A DNA stretch of 64,000 bases from Gekko japonicus (taxonomy: Eukaryota). The notes below the pieces were generated by a model. It saw nothing but the letters and a program-made list of their open reading frames with translations, did not search any database and had not been told where the DNA came from. Each line of letters starts with the position of its first letter. Position 1 is the stretch's first letter. Positions 1 to 27,330 of the stretch are shown piece after piece. Both the position numbers and the translations under genes were made by a program. The stretch lies in the NCBI RefSeq assembly GCF_001447785.1, contig NW_015162489.1, positions 1,191,618 to 1,255,617 on the forward strand. The letters run 5' to 3'.

Positions 1-581
1 GGCCACAGCCATTTGAGGGGAAAACTCTATGTTTTCCCCTCAAATGGCTGTGGCCCCACCCCCAGCGTGCCCGGCGTCATCACGTCACCTCTGGCTGACG
101 TGCATACGGCGCGCGCGCTGAAGACGCCGTCCGGGAGCCCCCCGCCGCAGAAGAAAAACGACTTGGCAACCCTAGCTATGATACATAAAAGAACATGACA
201 TAAATTATATTAAATGAATAAATGTCCATTAAGATAGATTCAGGTGGGTAGCCGTGGTGGCCTGAAGCAGCAGAGCAAATTTTGAGTCCAGTGGCACCTT
301 TCAGACCAAAATAGAACTGCGTTAGGCTGTAGCAGCTACACAAAATCTGGCAACTTTATCTGTGATCCTAGTGTCACGAACTGAGAGAAGAAAGGCAATT
401 TCCAATTTCTTTTCTACCTCATACAGCTTCTTAATTTATTAGTTCTAAGCAGATTACTAAAATACAGAAAAAGCTAGATCCCATTTGAATGGATGTGAAA
501 ATCTATTACAGATGCATAAAATTTCACATCTAAGAGTGATAGGTCTGCTATTATCTTTTAATAAAAGAGGTAACGTCTCCA

Positions 582-1715
582 TCTATATATCTAATAGCCA
601 ACTTGCCCCCTCCGTGCGGATCGCTAAATCAGCACGGAGGGGGCAGGTGGGGGGGAGGGGGAGGTTTGTGCACACGTGGGCCAGTCCCCACGTGTGCACA
701 AAAATGCAAAAAGTTAAAAAAAAATTCGGGGGGATGTTTAAATCCCCCCGAAAGTGCAAGAGCGTNNNNNNNNNNNNNNNNNNNNNNNNNNNNNNNNNNN
801 NNNNNNNNNNNNNNNNNNNNNNNNNNNNNNNNNNNNNNNNNNNNNNNNNNNNNNNNNNNNNNNNNNNNNNNNNNNNNNNNNNNNNNNNNNNNNNNNNNNN
901 NNNNNNNNNNNNNNNNNNNNNNNNNNNNNNNNNNNNNNNNNNNNNNNNNNNNNNNNNNNNNNNNNNNNNNNNNNNNNNNNNNNNNNNNNNNNNNNNNNNN
1001 NNNNNNNNNNNNNNNNNNNNNNNNNNNNNNNNNNNNNNNNNNNNNNNNNNNNNNNNNNNNNNNNNNNNNNNNNNNNNNNNNNNNNNNNNNNNNNNNNNNN
1101 NNNNNNNNNNNNNNNNNNNNNNNNNNNNNNNNNNNNNNNNNNNNNNNNNNNNNNNNNNNNNNNNNNNNNNNNNNNNNNNNNNNNNNNNNNNNNNNNNNNN
1201 NNNNNNNNNNNNNNNNNNNNNNNNNNNNNNNNNNNNNNNNNNNNNNNNNNNNNNNNNNNNNNNNNNNNNNNNNNNNNNNNNNNNNNNNNNNNNNNNNNNN
1301 NNNNNNNNNNNNNNNNNNNNNNNNNNNNNNNNNNNNNNNNNNNNNNNNNNNNNNNNNNNNNNNNNNNNNNNNNNNNNNNNNNNNNNNNNNNNNNNNNNNN
1401 NNNNNNNNNNNNNNNNNNNNNNNNNNNNNNNNNNNNNNNNNNNNNNNNNNNNNNNNNNNNNNNNNNNNNNNNNNNNNNNNNNNNNNNNNNNNNNNNNNNN
1501 NNNNNNNNNNNNNNNNNNNNNNNNNNNNNNNNNNNNNNNNNNNNNNNNNNNNNNNNNNNNNNNNNNNNNNNNNNNNNNNNNNNNNNNNNNNNNNNNNNNN
1601 NNNNNNNNNNNNNNNNNNNNNNNNNNNNNNNNNNNNNNNNNNNNNNNNNNNNNNNNNNNNNNNNNNNNNNNNNNNNNNNNNNNNNNNNCCCGCGAGTATC
1701 GCAGGTCCCCCCTTG
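582..1715 (+). mobile_element. Non-autonomous Helitron, copy 1
   Basis: A|TCTATATATCTAATAG 5' end; 3' hairpin cccgcga-gta-tcgcagg then CTTG|T; no TSD. Confidence 0.75.
766..1688. other. Assembly gap (N run)
   Basis: Ns; lies inside a Helitron copy. Confidence 0.99.
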
Positions 1716-2041
1716 TACAATCTATATTTTGGAGCAAAGAAAGAATTAAAAGATTTCTAGGCTCAGAAAAGTAATTACATTCAAAGGTCACGTGATACAG
1801 GGTGCCTACACTACATAGTTGCATACTCTATTGGAAATGCTGATGGGGAGATGGGAGCAGGAAGTGATGTCGTGCGACGTCACCTGGAAGTGACCTAGGT
1901 AAGTCAGTGATGTTGGGGGCAACGCTCTGATTTTTGGGGCAAAACTATGGTAAAAGCAACCTCAAACCATAGAGTTTTGCCCAAAAACCAGAATGTCACC
2001 CACCCACCCCATGTCACTGATGTGCTTATGTCACTCCTGGG

Positions 2042-2246
2042 CAGTGTTCCCTCTAAGCTGAGTTGGTGTGAGCCAGCTCACAGTTTTTTAGTCTCCAGCT
2101 CACAGATTTTTGCTCTAGCTCAGGAAGGATGGCCTCAAAGCAAACTAATTTATGCAGCAACGAAATGGCTCGCTCACAACTTCAATGCCCGTAGCTCACA
2201 AAGTAGGATTTTCGCTCACAAGACTCCACAGCTTAGAGGGAACATT
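2042..2246. mobile_element. hAT-type MITE (older copy)
   Basis: TIR CAGTGTTCCCTCTAAGCTG / CAGCTTAGAGGGAACATT; partial TSD tcctggg. Confidence 0.75.
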
Positions 2247-3179
2247 CCTGGGTGGGTGATGTAGGCATGTCACATTTGTTTCCAGGAATGTTGCTGTTGG
2301 GGGGGGCACAAAACAGGGGGATCCCCCACCCCCAACTGGGAAATAGCAACCCTAGAATCAGAATATGGTATCTTAAGATATCTCCCTTGCAAAACTCTAG
2401 ATGGTAGGGCATTAAGGCGTGCTGATACAAAAGCATGCCTATAGCAAGGAACAGTCAAATTGAGCAGTAATCAGGAAGCTCTCAAGGTGGAAGAATACCA
2501 GCAAACTGAGTAGAACAAACACATTGTGCTCTACAAATTGTACTGTTATAATCATACTTAAATAGACATTTCTTAATCATTCTCATGGCTCCTTGTCTGG
2601 TAACTGAATAAAGGGAATCCAAGGAATGATTGAGGAGCTCTAGTCATTGCTCAACAAGTTTATCCCAGTGGGAAACATAAGAATCCTCTGACTAAGCTGA
2701 GGTAGTCGAAATGCGTAATTTTACCTTTAAGAGGGAAAGCCTTCAACCAAGCCTGGGCTTCAAGAGATGGTTGTCCCAATTCAACTTGGGGGGCTACCCC
2801 TGCTACACAATTCAGAAAACTGCAGATGGAACATAGGAATTTAAGAAGAACTGAATCCAAGAACTCCTCTGTTTTATCCAGATATCAGCCTCGTATAAAC
2901 TTTGTACAGCCACCTGGGCATTAAAGTTTGATGGCAGCTGGGATATACAGATTAATAAAAGAAACAAGATAATATTTGATGCTGCTGTAGCCAATCTTTT
3001 AACATGAGCAGCTTGCACTGACCTGGTTTGATCAAACCAACCCCCTAAGTATTTAAAACAGAGGACCTCCTCATATCATTACCGTGAATTTTCCACTTGT
3101 GGTGTACATAAGATTTCCCTTCCCAAAAAATGATCTTGGTTTTATGAGAGTTAACGATCAGGCATTTTTCCAAACAGTA

Positions 3180-3481
3180 AGCCAGTTTGGTGTATTGGTT
3201 AAGTGCACGGACTCTAATCTGGGAGAACCGGGTTGTATTGTATTGTATAGTTTATTATTATGGCATCAAACCCCACTCCTCCACTTGCAGCTGCTGGATG
3301 ACCTTGGGCAAGGCATAGTTCTGTCAGAGCTATCCTTGAAAAGGCAGTTTCTCTCAGAGCTCTCTCAGCCCCACCTACCTCACAGGGTGTCTATTGTGGG
3401 GAGGGGAAGGGAAAGGAATTTGTAAGCCACTCTGAGACTCCAAGTGAAGGGTGGTGTATAAATCCAATATCCTCCTCCTCC
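3180..3481 (+). mobile_element. tRNA-derived SINE (Squam3-type, gecko form with CTT/CCT tail)
   Basis: gtttggtgta.tggttaagtgc...cagccccacctacctcacagggtgtct...ataaatccaatatc. Confidence 0.8.
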
Positions 3482-3879
3482 GAGACAAAAACCTCTATCA
3501 GAAAAGGACAATCCTGATGTTGTACTTGACAGGACAACTGCATCATCATCAAAAAGTGAGATAAAAATTTTAACATTAGCAATGGATGGAGAATAACAGT
3601 CCTGGGCAGAGACAGAAGAAATCATATTGTTGATATATAAGTTAAAGGGGCTAGCACACACCCTTATGCACTCCCTGCTGTAGCGAAATTACGTTGGAAA
3701 GTTGTTCATCTAACCCATAGCGGACGTGCAGTGGGATAAGAATACAGAATTTCACTCAAAGCCAACAGTCTCTTGTCAATAGATGTTAGCTATGCCACAA
3801 TCGGGCATGGGGTATGGTATCAAAAGCCACCTTCAAATTTATGAAGGTGGGAGCAAGGATCCCCCGACTCTTGCTTGTA

Positions 3880-5038
3880 TCTATATATCTAATAGCCAAC
3901 TTGCCCCCTCCGTGCGGATCGCTAAATCAGCACGGAGGGGGCAGGTGGGGGGGAGGGGGAGGTTTGTGCACACGTGGGCCAGTCCCCACGTGTGCACAAA
4001 AATGCAAAAAGTTTAAAAAAATTTCGGGGGGATGTTTAAATCCCCCCAAAAGTGCACGAGCGTCTCCTGCGCATGCGCAGGAGACGCTCTGCAACGCCGC
4101 CGCCGCCGCCTCGGAGCCAGCCGGCGGGCTGGCTGGCTGGCAGGCNNNNNNNNNNNNNNNNNNNNNNNNNNNNNNNNNNNNNNNNNNNNNNNNNNNNNNN
4201 NNNNNNNNNNNNNNNNNNNNNNNNNNNNNNNNNNNNNNNNNNNNNNNNNNNNNNNNNNNNNNNNNNNNNNNNNNNNNNNNNNNNNNNNNNNNNNNNNNNN
4301 NNNNNNNNNNNNNNNNNNNNNNNNNNNNNNNNNNNNNNNNNNNNNNNNNNNNNNNNNNNNNNNNNNNNNNNNNNNNNNNNNNNNNNNNNNNNNNNNNNNN
4401 NNNNNNNNNNNNNNNNNNNNNNNNNNNNNNNNNNNNNNNNNNNNNNNNNNNNNNNNNNNNNNNNNNNNNNNNNNNNNNNNNNNNNNNNNNNNNNNNNNNN
4501 NNNNNNNNNNNNNNNNNNNNNNNNNNNNNNNNNNNNNNNNNNNNNNNNNNNNNNNNNNNNNNNNNNNNNNNNNNNNNNNNNNNNNNNNNNNNNNNNNNNN
4601 NNNNNNNNNNNNNNNNNNNNNNNNNNNNNNNNNNNNNNNNNNNNNNNNNNNNNNNNNNNNNNNNNNNNNNNNNNNNNNNNNNNNNNNNNNNNNNNNNNNN
4701 NNNNNNNNNNNNNNNNNNNNNNNNNNNNNNNNNNNNNNNNNNNNNNNNNNNNNNNNNNNNNNNNNNNNNNNNNNNNNNNNNNNNNNNNNNNNNNNNNNNN
4801 NNNNNNNNNNNNNNNNNNNNNNNNNNNNNNNNNNNNNNNNNNNNNNNNNNNNNNNNNNNNNNNNNNNNNNNNNNNNNNNNNNNNNNNNNNNNNNNNNNNN
4901 NNNNNNNNNNNNNNNNNNNNNNNNNNNNNNNNNNNNNNNNNNNNNNNNNNNNNNNNNNNNNNNNNNNNNNNNNNNNNNNNNNNNNNNNNNNNNNNNNNNN
5001 NNNNNNCCCCCCCCGCGAGTATCGCGGGTCCCCCCTTG
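3880..5038 (+). mobile_element. Non-autonomous Helitron, copy 2
   Basis: Same termini; perfect hairpin CCCGCGA-GTA-TCGCGGG at 5012-5028, 10 nt before the CTTG|T end; first ~180 nt nearly identical to copy 1. Confidence 0.78.
4146..5006. other. Assembly gap (N run)
   Basis: Ns; lies inside a Helitron copy. Confidence 0.99.
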
Positions 5039-6534
5039 TATTTACTAAGAACTGTAATGTCAGAAGATGATACTCTGTACCAGCCCCTCACCTTAAACTG
5101 GTTTGTTCCCTTCCCAGGATTTTATTGATCTGCAACCAGGCCATTAATCAGTAATAGAGAGACAGAGCTTAAAGCTTTGAGGCCACTGATAAAAGGCTGA
5201 TAGGCCTGTAGTTGGACAGGTCTGCTTTGTCTCCCTTCATATAAACTATTATGATAGCATGTCTCCAAGCGGGCAGCAGAACACCAGCAGTACAGTTGCC
5301 AATATATCCTTCCACCATGAGAAAAAGTTCTGTACCTGGGACCTTCCCACTCCTCATTTGAGAAATTAGAAAACTAATTTTAGCTGGTCAAACAGCAGGC
5401 CACTCCAGTAGTTCAGCTAGGTTCCAATTACTCTGATAGTACAAGAACTAGTGAAGATATTAGCAAACTATTCCAGGTATGTGAGGAGATATGAGATGAA
5501 AGTGGGATCCTAGGATGTGAAATAGAAAAGAATATACGATTTCTCAGAACTACCCTGAATTTTTTGAAGAATAGGAGTAATAAAATCATGTCTAAGATCA
5601 CAGTAAAAAGGGCAATACAATACAGTTTTGACTTCCTCACTTCGACAATGGAATGTGTGTTCCTGATACCGTACTCCATGGTATCTCCCTTGCAAGAGTA
5701 CAGAGGGTAGGACATTGAATCAGGTCAAAGTAAAAGCTTTTCTAAGTTTGGGTAGTAGATTGGGAAAAGAATTAAGAGCCCACAGCCTTCTTGTCCCTGA
5801 AGAAATATGTTGTGACAAGACTTAGATTATGTTGTAATTCAGTATTCCAGATCCTTTGTTGAATTATTTGGATTTTGAGTATCCAAAAAGGCTATTAAAC
5901 TACTGACCCAAAGTTTCTCTGGAGTCATTTCCAATTGGACCAATAGTGTCAGCAAGTTTCACAGGTAAGAAAACAATCTTTGACCAAAATTTATACAGTA
6001 TATCCAGGCATGGGCTTCAAGAAAAATTAAGCCTGCCTCAAGACACAGGGCTGCTTTAGATACACAATGAGGAACTGCAAAAATCGCTCTCAGAAATTTA
6101 GCTTGTATAATTTCAAAAGAACTAAAGTTATCATACACTATGGTTGCTAGCTCTGGTTTAGGAAAAAATGGAGATTTTGGGGGTGGAGACCAGGGAGGGC
6201 AGGATTTGGGGAGGGTACGGACCTCAGCATAGTATAATGTTATAGAGTCCGCCCACCTAATTATCCATTATCTCCAGGGGAGCTGGTGCCTGGAGATCAA
6301 TTGTTATAGTGGAAATCTCCAGGTGCCACCTGGAGGTTGACAACCCTATCATACACAGGTAATTGCGAGCTATCGCCGTAATCTTGGCCACAAAAACATG
6401 AATAGCTAAGGGGATATATTGTCCTCCGCTTCTATAAAAGAAGAAATCTTATCAAAGTAGAGCCACTCTCTGGGCATTCCTTCCAGCATTCTTTACTTGT
6501 ACATACCAGGACTCAGAAGAGTGAAAAACTACTT

Positions 6535-6925
6535 CAGGGCTCTTTTTGTAGAAAAAGTCCAGCAGGAACGCATTAGCATAATAGACCACACTCAACAGCA
6601 GAAACTCATTAGCCTATTAGGCCACACCCCTAACACAGCTCATTAGCATATTAGGCCTCACCGCCATGTTACCAGAAGTATCGTCATCCATCCACACCCA
6701 CCTTTTGCTTCTTATTCTGTTTACTGTTTGTTGTCAGAACCCAGGGCTTTTTTTGTAGCAGGAACTCCTTTCCATGTTAGGCCACACACCCCTAACGTAG
6801 CCAACCCTAATGCTTTTCTGCTGTTGGGTGTGGCCTATTATACTAATGAGTTCCTGCTGGGTGTGGCCAACTCGGGAGCCAGCCAGAACTCCGTTCCTGT
6901 GTGTTCCTGCCCAAAAATAGCCCTG
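6535..6925. mobile_element. hAT-like MITE(s) with ctcattagcat/ggccacacccc repeats
   Basis: CAGGGCT(T)n ends at 6535 and 6742, AAAATAGCCCTG end at 6925; related to the 33126 element. Confidence 0.5.
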
Positions 6926-8456
6926 CTCTTATTTATAGCCTGTTACCTGCTCAGTATGTTTCCCGTTAAACTATGCTTGCTCTTCCTTCTAGTAAAAGCA
7001 AGGATGTTAGACTAATCGTCATATCTCAGAAGCTTAGCAGGGTTGGTATCTGGATGGGAGACCACCAAGGAAGTCCAGGGCTGCAACACAGAGGCAGGCA
7101 ATGGCAAAAGCCACCTCTGAATGTCTCCTGCCTTGAAGTCAGCTGGGACTTGATGGCAAAAAAGGGTCAAAAGTTCATTGCCACAATATAAGGCAAGAAT
7201 CCTCAGCAGCCTCCTTAAACCAATATTTGTCTGAAAGGACAATATTGCTTCATCCACATAAAGAAAAATGAAAGTGCTCTAGAGACCAATTTGGGGGGAT
7301 GAAAGTTGAGATCAGATAAACTATTGACCATCCAATTGATATAAAAATTAAATAAAGTGGGGGGGGGGGCAAACTACTAACATACGGTTCAATCTCTGTT
7401 TATTAGCTCCAAGGGAACACGGGCCAGTCCAACAACCAAGCCCCCTCACACAAAACCCCCTTTAGAGGCATACTCTATGAAATGGTCTAGGTGCAGTACC
7501 AGCCCTGCCCTTCTAGCCCAGACAGCCTCTGTTGTCAACTGGGCCTTTCATATGAATATGAAGTTGGTATTCATGATTCTTCAACTGTTTGTTCGGAGGG
7601 CAGAACCAGCACAAATCAGCACAACTGGTACAGTCAAAGGGTCTGATTTACACCACAGGCTTCCTCCACCACATTATTTCAGCACCACCTCCCCACAAAA
7701 TGGCCCCCGTTTCCCTGCTTTTAAATGGCATCCATTCCTTTCCATGGATGATCTTAGTGAATTGCATGCAAGATCTTTCTCAGGGAGCAGGCGGGTTCAA
7801 AGCAGAAATCTTGAGCAAAAGTTTGCCATCAGCTCCTGTTCCGTTTCTTAAATGTTATCAGAAGTAACCAAAGCAGAATGCATGTTCTCTAGACCATCAA
7901 CATACTCCTTGGCACGTTGCCTATTTCCCACCCCTTACAACCCAGGTGAAGAGTTTCTGACAATTCCTCCCTTCCCTGCTTTCCCCCCAAACTACAATGA
8001 TTAATATTTTTGCCTTCTGTGCTATAAAAGGAATTCAATATAGAAATATGATTTAGTTAGACAGCAGCGCTGTTTCCCAGGTACAGTGCACATAAGCTGC
8101 TGTCAGTGAAGCGGCAGGGGGTAGCAAAGAGACATTGATTCGTTTTTGTAGATTCTTCCACAACTCCATTAAGAAGCAGAAGTTCATAACAATGGGGGCT
8201 GAGCCACAAGCACACAACGAAGGCAGCAAATTACATCTGGTCGATAGGATGCCTCAGCTCTTGAGCTCAAGGCAACTGAGACACTGTCATCTTTCATTTT
8301 ACCACTGATTGTTCAAGTGAAGAAACTACTGAGTCCACATTCAGGCCCCAGGCAGAGATGAGTCGCTTAAACAAAAACGAAAGAGAGACAGAGAAGGTGA
8401 AGCCGGAGAAGACAGCGGAGAGAATGTCTGAAGACACCTTGAAAGCAGCCACTATT

Positions 8457-8462
8457 TTTATT
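8457..8462 (-). terminator. Candidate ANKRD54 polyadenylation signal (AATAAA), implying a ~1.6-kb 3' UTR
   Basis: TTTATT on the plus strand, the first such hexamer I noticed downstream of the stop; alternative at ~7398-7403. Confidence 0.5.
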
Positions 8463-10064
8463 GAAATCTACAATGGAAAAGTTCAAATAGCCTCCCACCC
8501 TCCTTGCACATTGGCATGAAGATCTTTGCATTCACAGTGATGGCTCCAGAAGGTCAGAGTCATGTCACCCCCAAACTTTCCTCTCCTGAGCGTTCATGAT
8601 TCTCTATCAAAGCTGCTTGGGTCATGAAAGCCAAGATTTAGACTTGTATCTAAAGATATGAATCCAGTTAATTCTTCTCTGCCTTAAAAACTGCCTATTT
8701 AAAAACCAAAGGTCATAATATCTCACTAGTCTCAAGGTCCTAAACCAGGCTTGGAATGTCAGTGATGCAGGGAACACGTCCAGTGACTCCTGAGAACCAA
8801 TTTGCTAAATATACCCCCCCTTACACACTTGTGAGCAGACTGAAGTCAAAACACAGTGTTGTGAAGTGACTACATCCTTGAGGGGTTGTAGACTGATGGG
8901 CTAGGTTGGCATGCATTGGGGTCCAGTCCCTCCCTTTGTGTAAGGCAAATCCTTTTCTTAGTAAACCTGTGGAGATGTTTCTCTTTTAGCCCCCAATTGA
9001 GAAAGCAAGTTTTCTTTGACCGTCATGTGAAATAAAATCTAGGATACAAGCCAAAAGACTTTTCCATGGCCCACTTAACTGAAGCTTAGCACAGTTCAGT
9101 AAGTGTCAATTGTCCAAATCACACATCCCCATTAGGAAAGCACACAACTTATTCCCCCAATAAAATATGCAGATTCTTTGTAAGGGGAAGTATGCAAAAT
9201 TCATTCTTTCTTGGTTTTTCTGGAGGGGGGGAAAGACAAGGATATAAGGGATGAACAGGCAAGCTGGGGCCAGGAGACTACTCTGGCCCCTGGGGACTTC
9301 TCATTTGGCTTCCGAATAACTTCCCAATTGGGTGCTGGGGTCCTCCTTAAAATGCAACCAAACCTTTCATCTCCACAAGAGCTCTTTCACCCTTATGCTG
9401 CTAGCCTCCAAAACGAACAGCAAAAGCAGGATTCTCCCCTTATATACCTCAGCTACTGATTCCTGTGTGTGTTCCGAAATACAGGAAATGGGAGTGAGCA
9501 GCTGAGGGGCATGAGATCCGGGGGGAGGGCCCCCCCTGTTAAACAGCCTTTTATATCTCAGTCGGGGGCACAGCAGCATTACTGGCCCCTCAGCCCTCTC
9601 AGTTCAAATTATGACCCCTGGGAGGAAAAAGCTGCCCACCAGGGGTATAAGCACCTCTCACCACTTGTACAAATGTTCAGTGATCCATGTGCTTGAATAC
9701 CAAAAACATCAAATTAGAGGCAGACTTGAGTGTGATGGCGTACCAGACAGCTGTTTCCCAGATGTGCTTGAAATACAATGGATCTACCACTTGCGGGACC
9801 TTACAGATGCCCCTGAAAGGGCAGCATACCGAAAACATTTTGCCCACGCTTGTTAAAGCAGGAGAGTGAAAAGTTCAGCCCCTTCTTCACAAGGTCAGGA
9901 CTTCAGCATGAACCTCTCGTCCCGGAGGAAGCATCCAAGGCAGTGACGGCGCCGTGCAGTCCAGTCCAGGCTCAGCTCAGAGCCAAGAGGAAAAACATGA
10001 TTGGTATTGGCAGCAGGGCAGCTCCAGCTTCTCCTTTCAGTTGAGAGAGCAGTGAGAAAGCCCG

Positions 10065-25169
<15,105 letters not shown>

Positions 25170-26859
25170 GGCGGCCAGTCCCGGCTCCACGCGACACCTC
25201 CGGGAGCCCCCGAATCCCCGGGCCCAGGCACTACGAGGAGGAGCTCCAGGAGAGCGCCCGAGAGAGGCGTAACCATAGGAACGATGGGAAAGGGAGGGCG
25301 AGAGCGGCAGCCGCCGGAGCCACTCAGAAGCCACGCCGTGACCGTCACGCAATCGGGAGGAGGCGGCCAGAGCATGTCAGCCCAAGAAGAGGCTGGTAGG
25401 TTGGAAAGCTAGAATGTCAGCTGGCTTCGCTTCCTGCTCTGCCTGGAAGCCTCCATGCGCGGGGCGCAAATGGAAGGAAGGAAGGAAACCCTATTCTGAC
25501 TGCGACGCTTTGAAATCCCTCTTTACTCAAGGAGTAATTGAATTGTGAAATTCACTGCAAGGTAGTGATGGCAGCTAGGCTAGCATAGATGATTTTAAAA
25601 GAGGGTTAGATTCGTGAAGGCTAGGTTACTAAAAGGAATCTCCACATTCAGAAGCAGTAAGCCTCTGGATACTACTAGTGCGAGGAGGCAGCAGGGGAAA
25701 GCCTCAGGCTCTGTTCGTTGGACCTCCGTGACCTTTGGTTGGCTGCTGCATGGAACAGGATACTGGACTAGATAGAACCTTGGTCTGGTTCAGAAGGACT
25801 CGTTTTACGTTCTAAATCGTCCGCTCTCCCAGCAAGTTTTTTTTGGCCTGTTCTCTACTTTATACAAAAAAAAAAAAAAAAAAGTAGCTGAGCTAGTGAT
25901 AAATGAAGGAAGATGATGGAGAGCGGAGCACAAAAAAAATTAAAAGCCAGCATGAATGCAATGTTTTGTGTATATAAAGGAGTGATAAAGGCTAAAATAA
26001 AGTCTTGTGGCTCTTTAAAGATTAACGACTTTATTCATTATGGCATAAATTATGAGCTACAGCCCACTTCGTTAGATGCATAAAGTGCAGGTGGAAAAAC
26101 TCCATGCTTCTACAGGAATGAAGGCAACGATTCACCCTTTGTTTATATATCATATGATTTGCCCAAAAGACAGAAACCAGAAATTCTAATTGAGAGTTAT
26201 TTATTATTTATTTATTATTTCACTCTGTTTCTTAACTGCTCTTCCCCGCTTACAAAAACATGAATTCAGTACAATTTTAAAACAAATTAAAACGACAAAG
26301 ATTCGATATTAAAACATTCAGCATAAATATTTGGCCTTTAGTTTAAATTAAGGCTTGTCAGAACTATTTGTCTTTCAACAGAAGATTTTCAGATCTTTAG
26401 AAGGTTAATCAGAATTACCCTGTCCCTAAATCCATTGAATTTAGTGAGTTTAAAAGGGGGTAACTTGGTTTAGGATTACACTGTAATAGAGTAAAAATTC
26501 TTGTACAATACAATGAGATGGTTACCTCTCATTCGAGAACAAAGACTGCTTAAATACAGCCTACCATTGGCAGTTTTAAAAATAATAGCACTTAATTAAA
26601 AAGCTGTTGCCAGCTGTCACATTATTGGGGGCACCTTTTCCCAAAGAAAAGGTTTTTAATCTAAAAATATAATCAAAATCTAAAACTTTACATACTTTAT
26701 TTAATTATTTATATGTCTGCTTTACTCCTTGCAGCCCTAGTTCACAATCACAACCCTATTCAGGCCCCCTGTTATGCACCCCCTCCAGTCCCAGAATATT
26801 CCACAACAGCAACTCCTCTTCCCCTTCGCAACCTTCTGCAAAAACAGATCCTGTCTAGT

Positions 26860-27330
26860 TTTCTGTTTCTGCCCGGAGCGTGTTCTCATCTGCTTCCGGC
26901 TAATCCCGGAAATAAGGCAGTTGCTAGTCGGAGCGCTTTCTTTGTCACAGCGCTGCCCTCCTAGTCGGTAGCTTTCACCGCGTGGGCTCGTTGTTGCTCC
27001 TTGCCGAGCCCCTTCTATGCCCTATCCGATGGAAGAATACGAGGAGGTACCAGCTGCGACTGTTTACTCGCCGGCCTCCTGGTCGGCGAAGGGGAGCTCA
27101 AACCCGCCCTGTCTGGTCTAGCCGGCCTTATGGGTTGAAGTAGCCGGCTGGGGGCCTAGGTGTAGGGGAAGGATGGAGCCGGCTGCTGTGTTTGCTCACG
27201 CATTCGGCAGGAGGACGGTGAAGGATTTCGGTTAGGTGGGACTGATAATATGTCGCTCCACTCGAGACCCACAAGAGAGTTGCTCTGACACTTGACCCGG
27301 TGGAGTTGGGCGGGGGAGAATCGGCTGGAC
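26860..27330 (+). promoter_or_regulatory. EIF3L promoter / CpG-rich region with ETS-type CCGGAA sites and a pyrimidine initiator candidate
   Basis: CTTCCGG at 26893, CCGGAAAT at 26906, CTTTCTTT at 26936-26943; CpG-rich. Confidence 0.65.
27017..27046 (+). CDS. EIF3L: EIF3L coding exon 1 ([10 protein letters not shown])
   Basis: Homologous to MSYPADDYESE; donor GAG|gtacc. Confidence 0.85.

Larger units (their letters stand above)
2370..6480 (-). mobile_element. Degraded non-LTR retrotransposon ORF2 fragments (clade uncertain), interrupted by a SINE and a Helitron
   Basis: KGDKADLSNYRPISLLSVASKL (5169-5357) and SPFNLYIN...LFDDDAVV (3500-3661) RT motifs; boundaries approximate. Confidence 0.6.

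Noticed and set aside
485-5128. Long ORFs of 330-430 aa in the ORF track
   Set aside because: Artefacts of N runs translated as X.
25200-27000. Orthologues of MIR658/MIR659, located here in human
   Set aside because: No recognisable hairpin similarity seen; to my knowledge these miRNAs are not conserved in reptiles.
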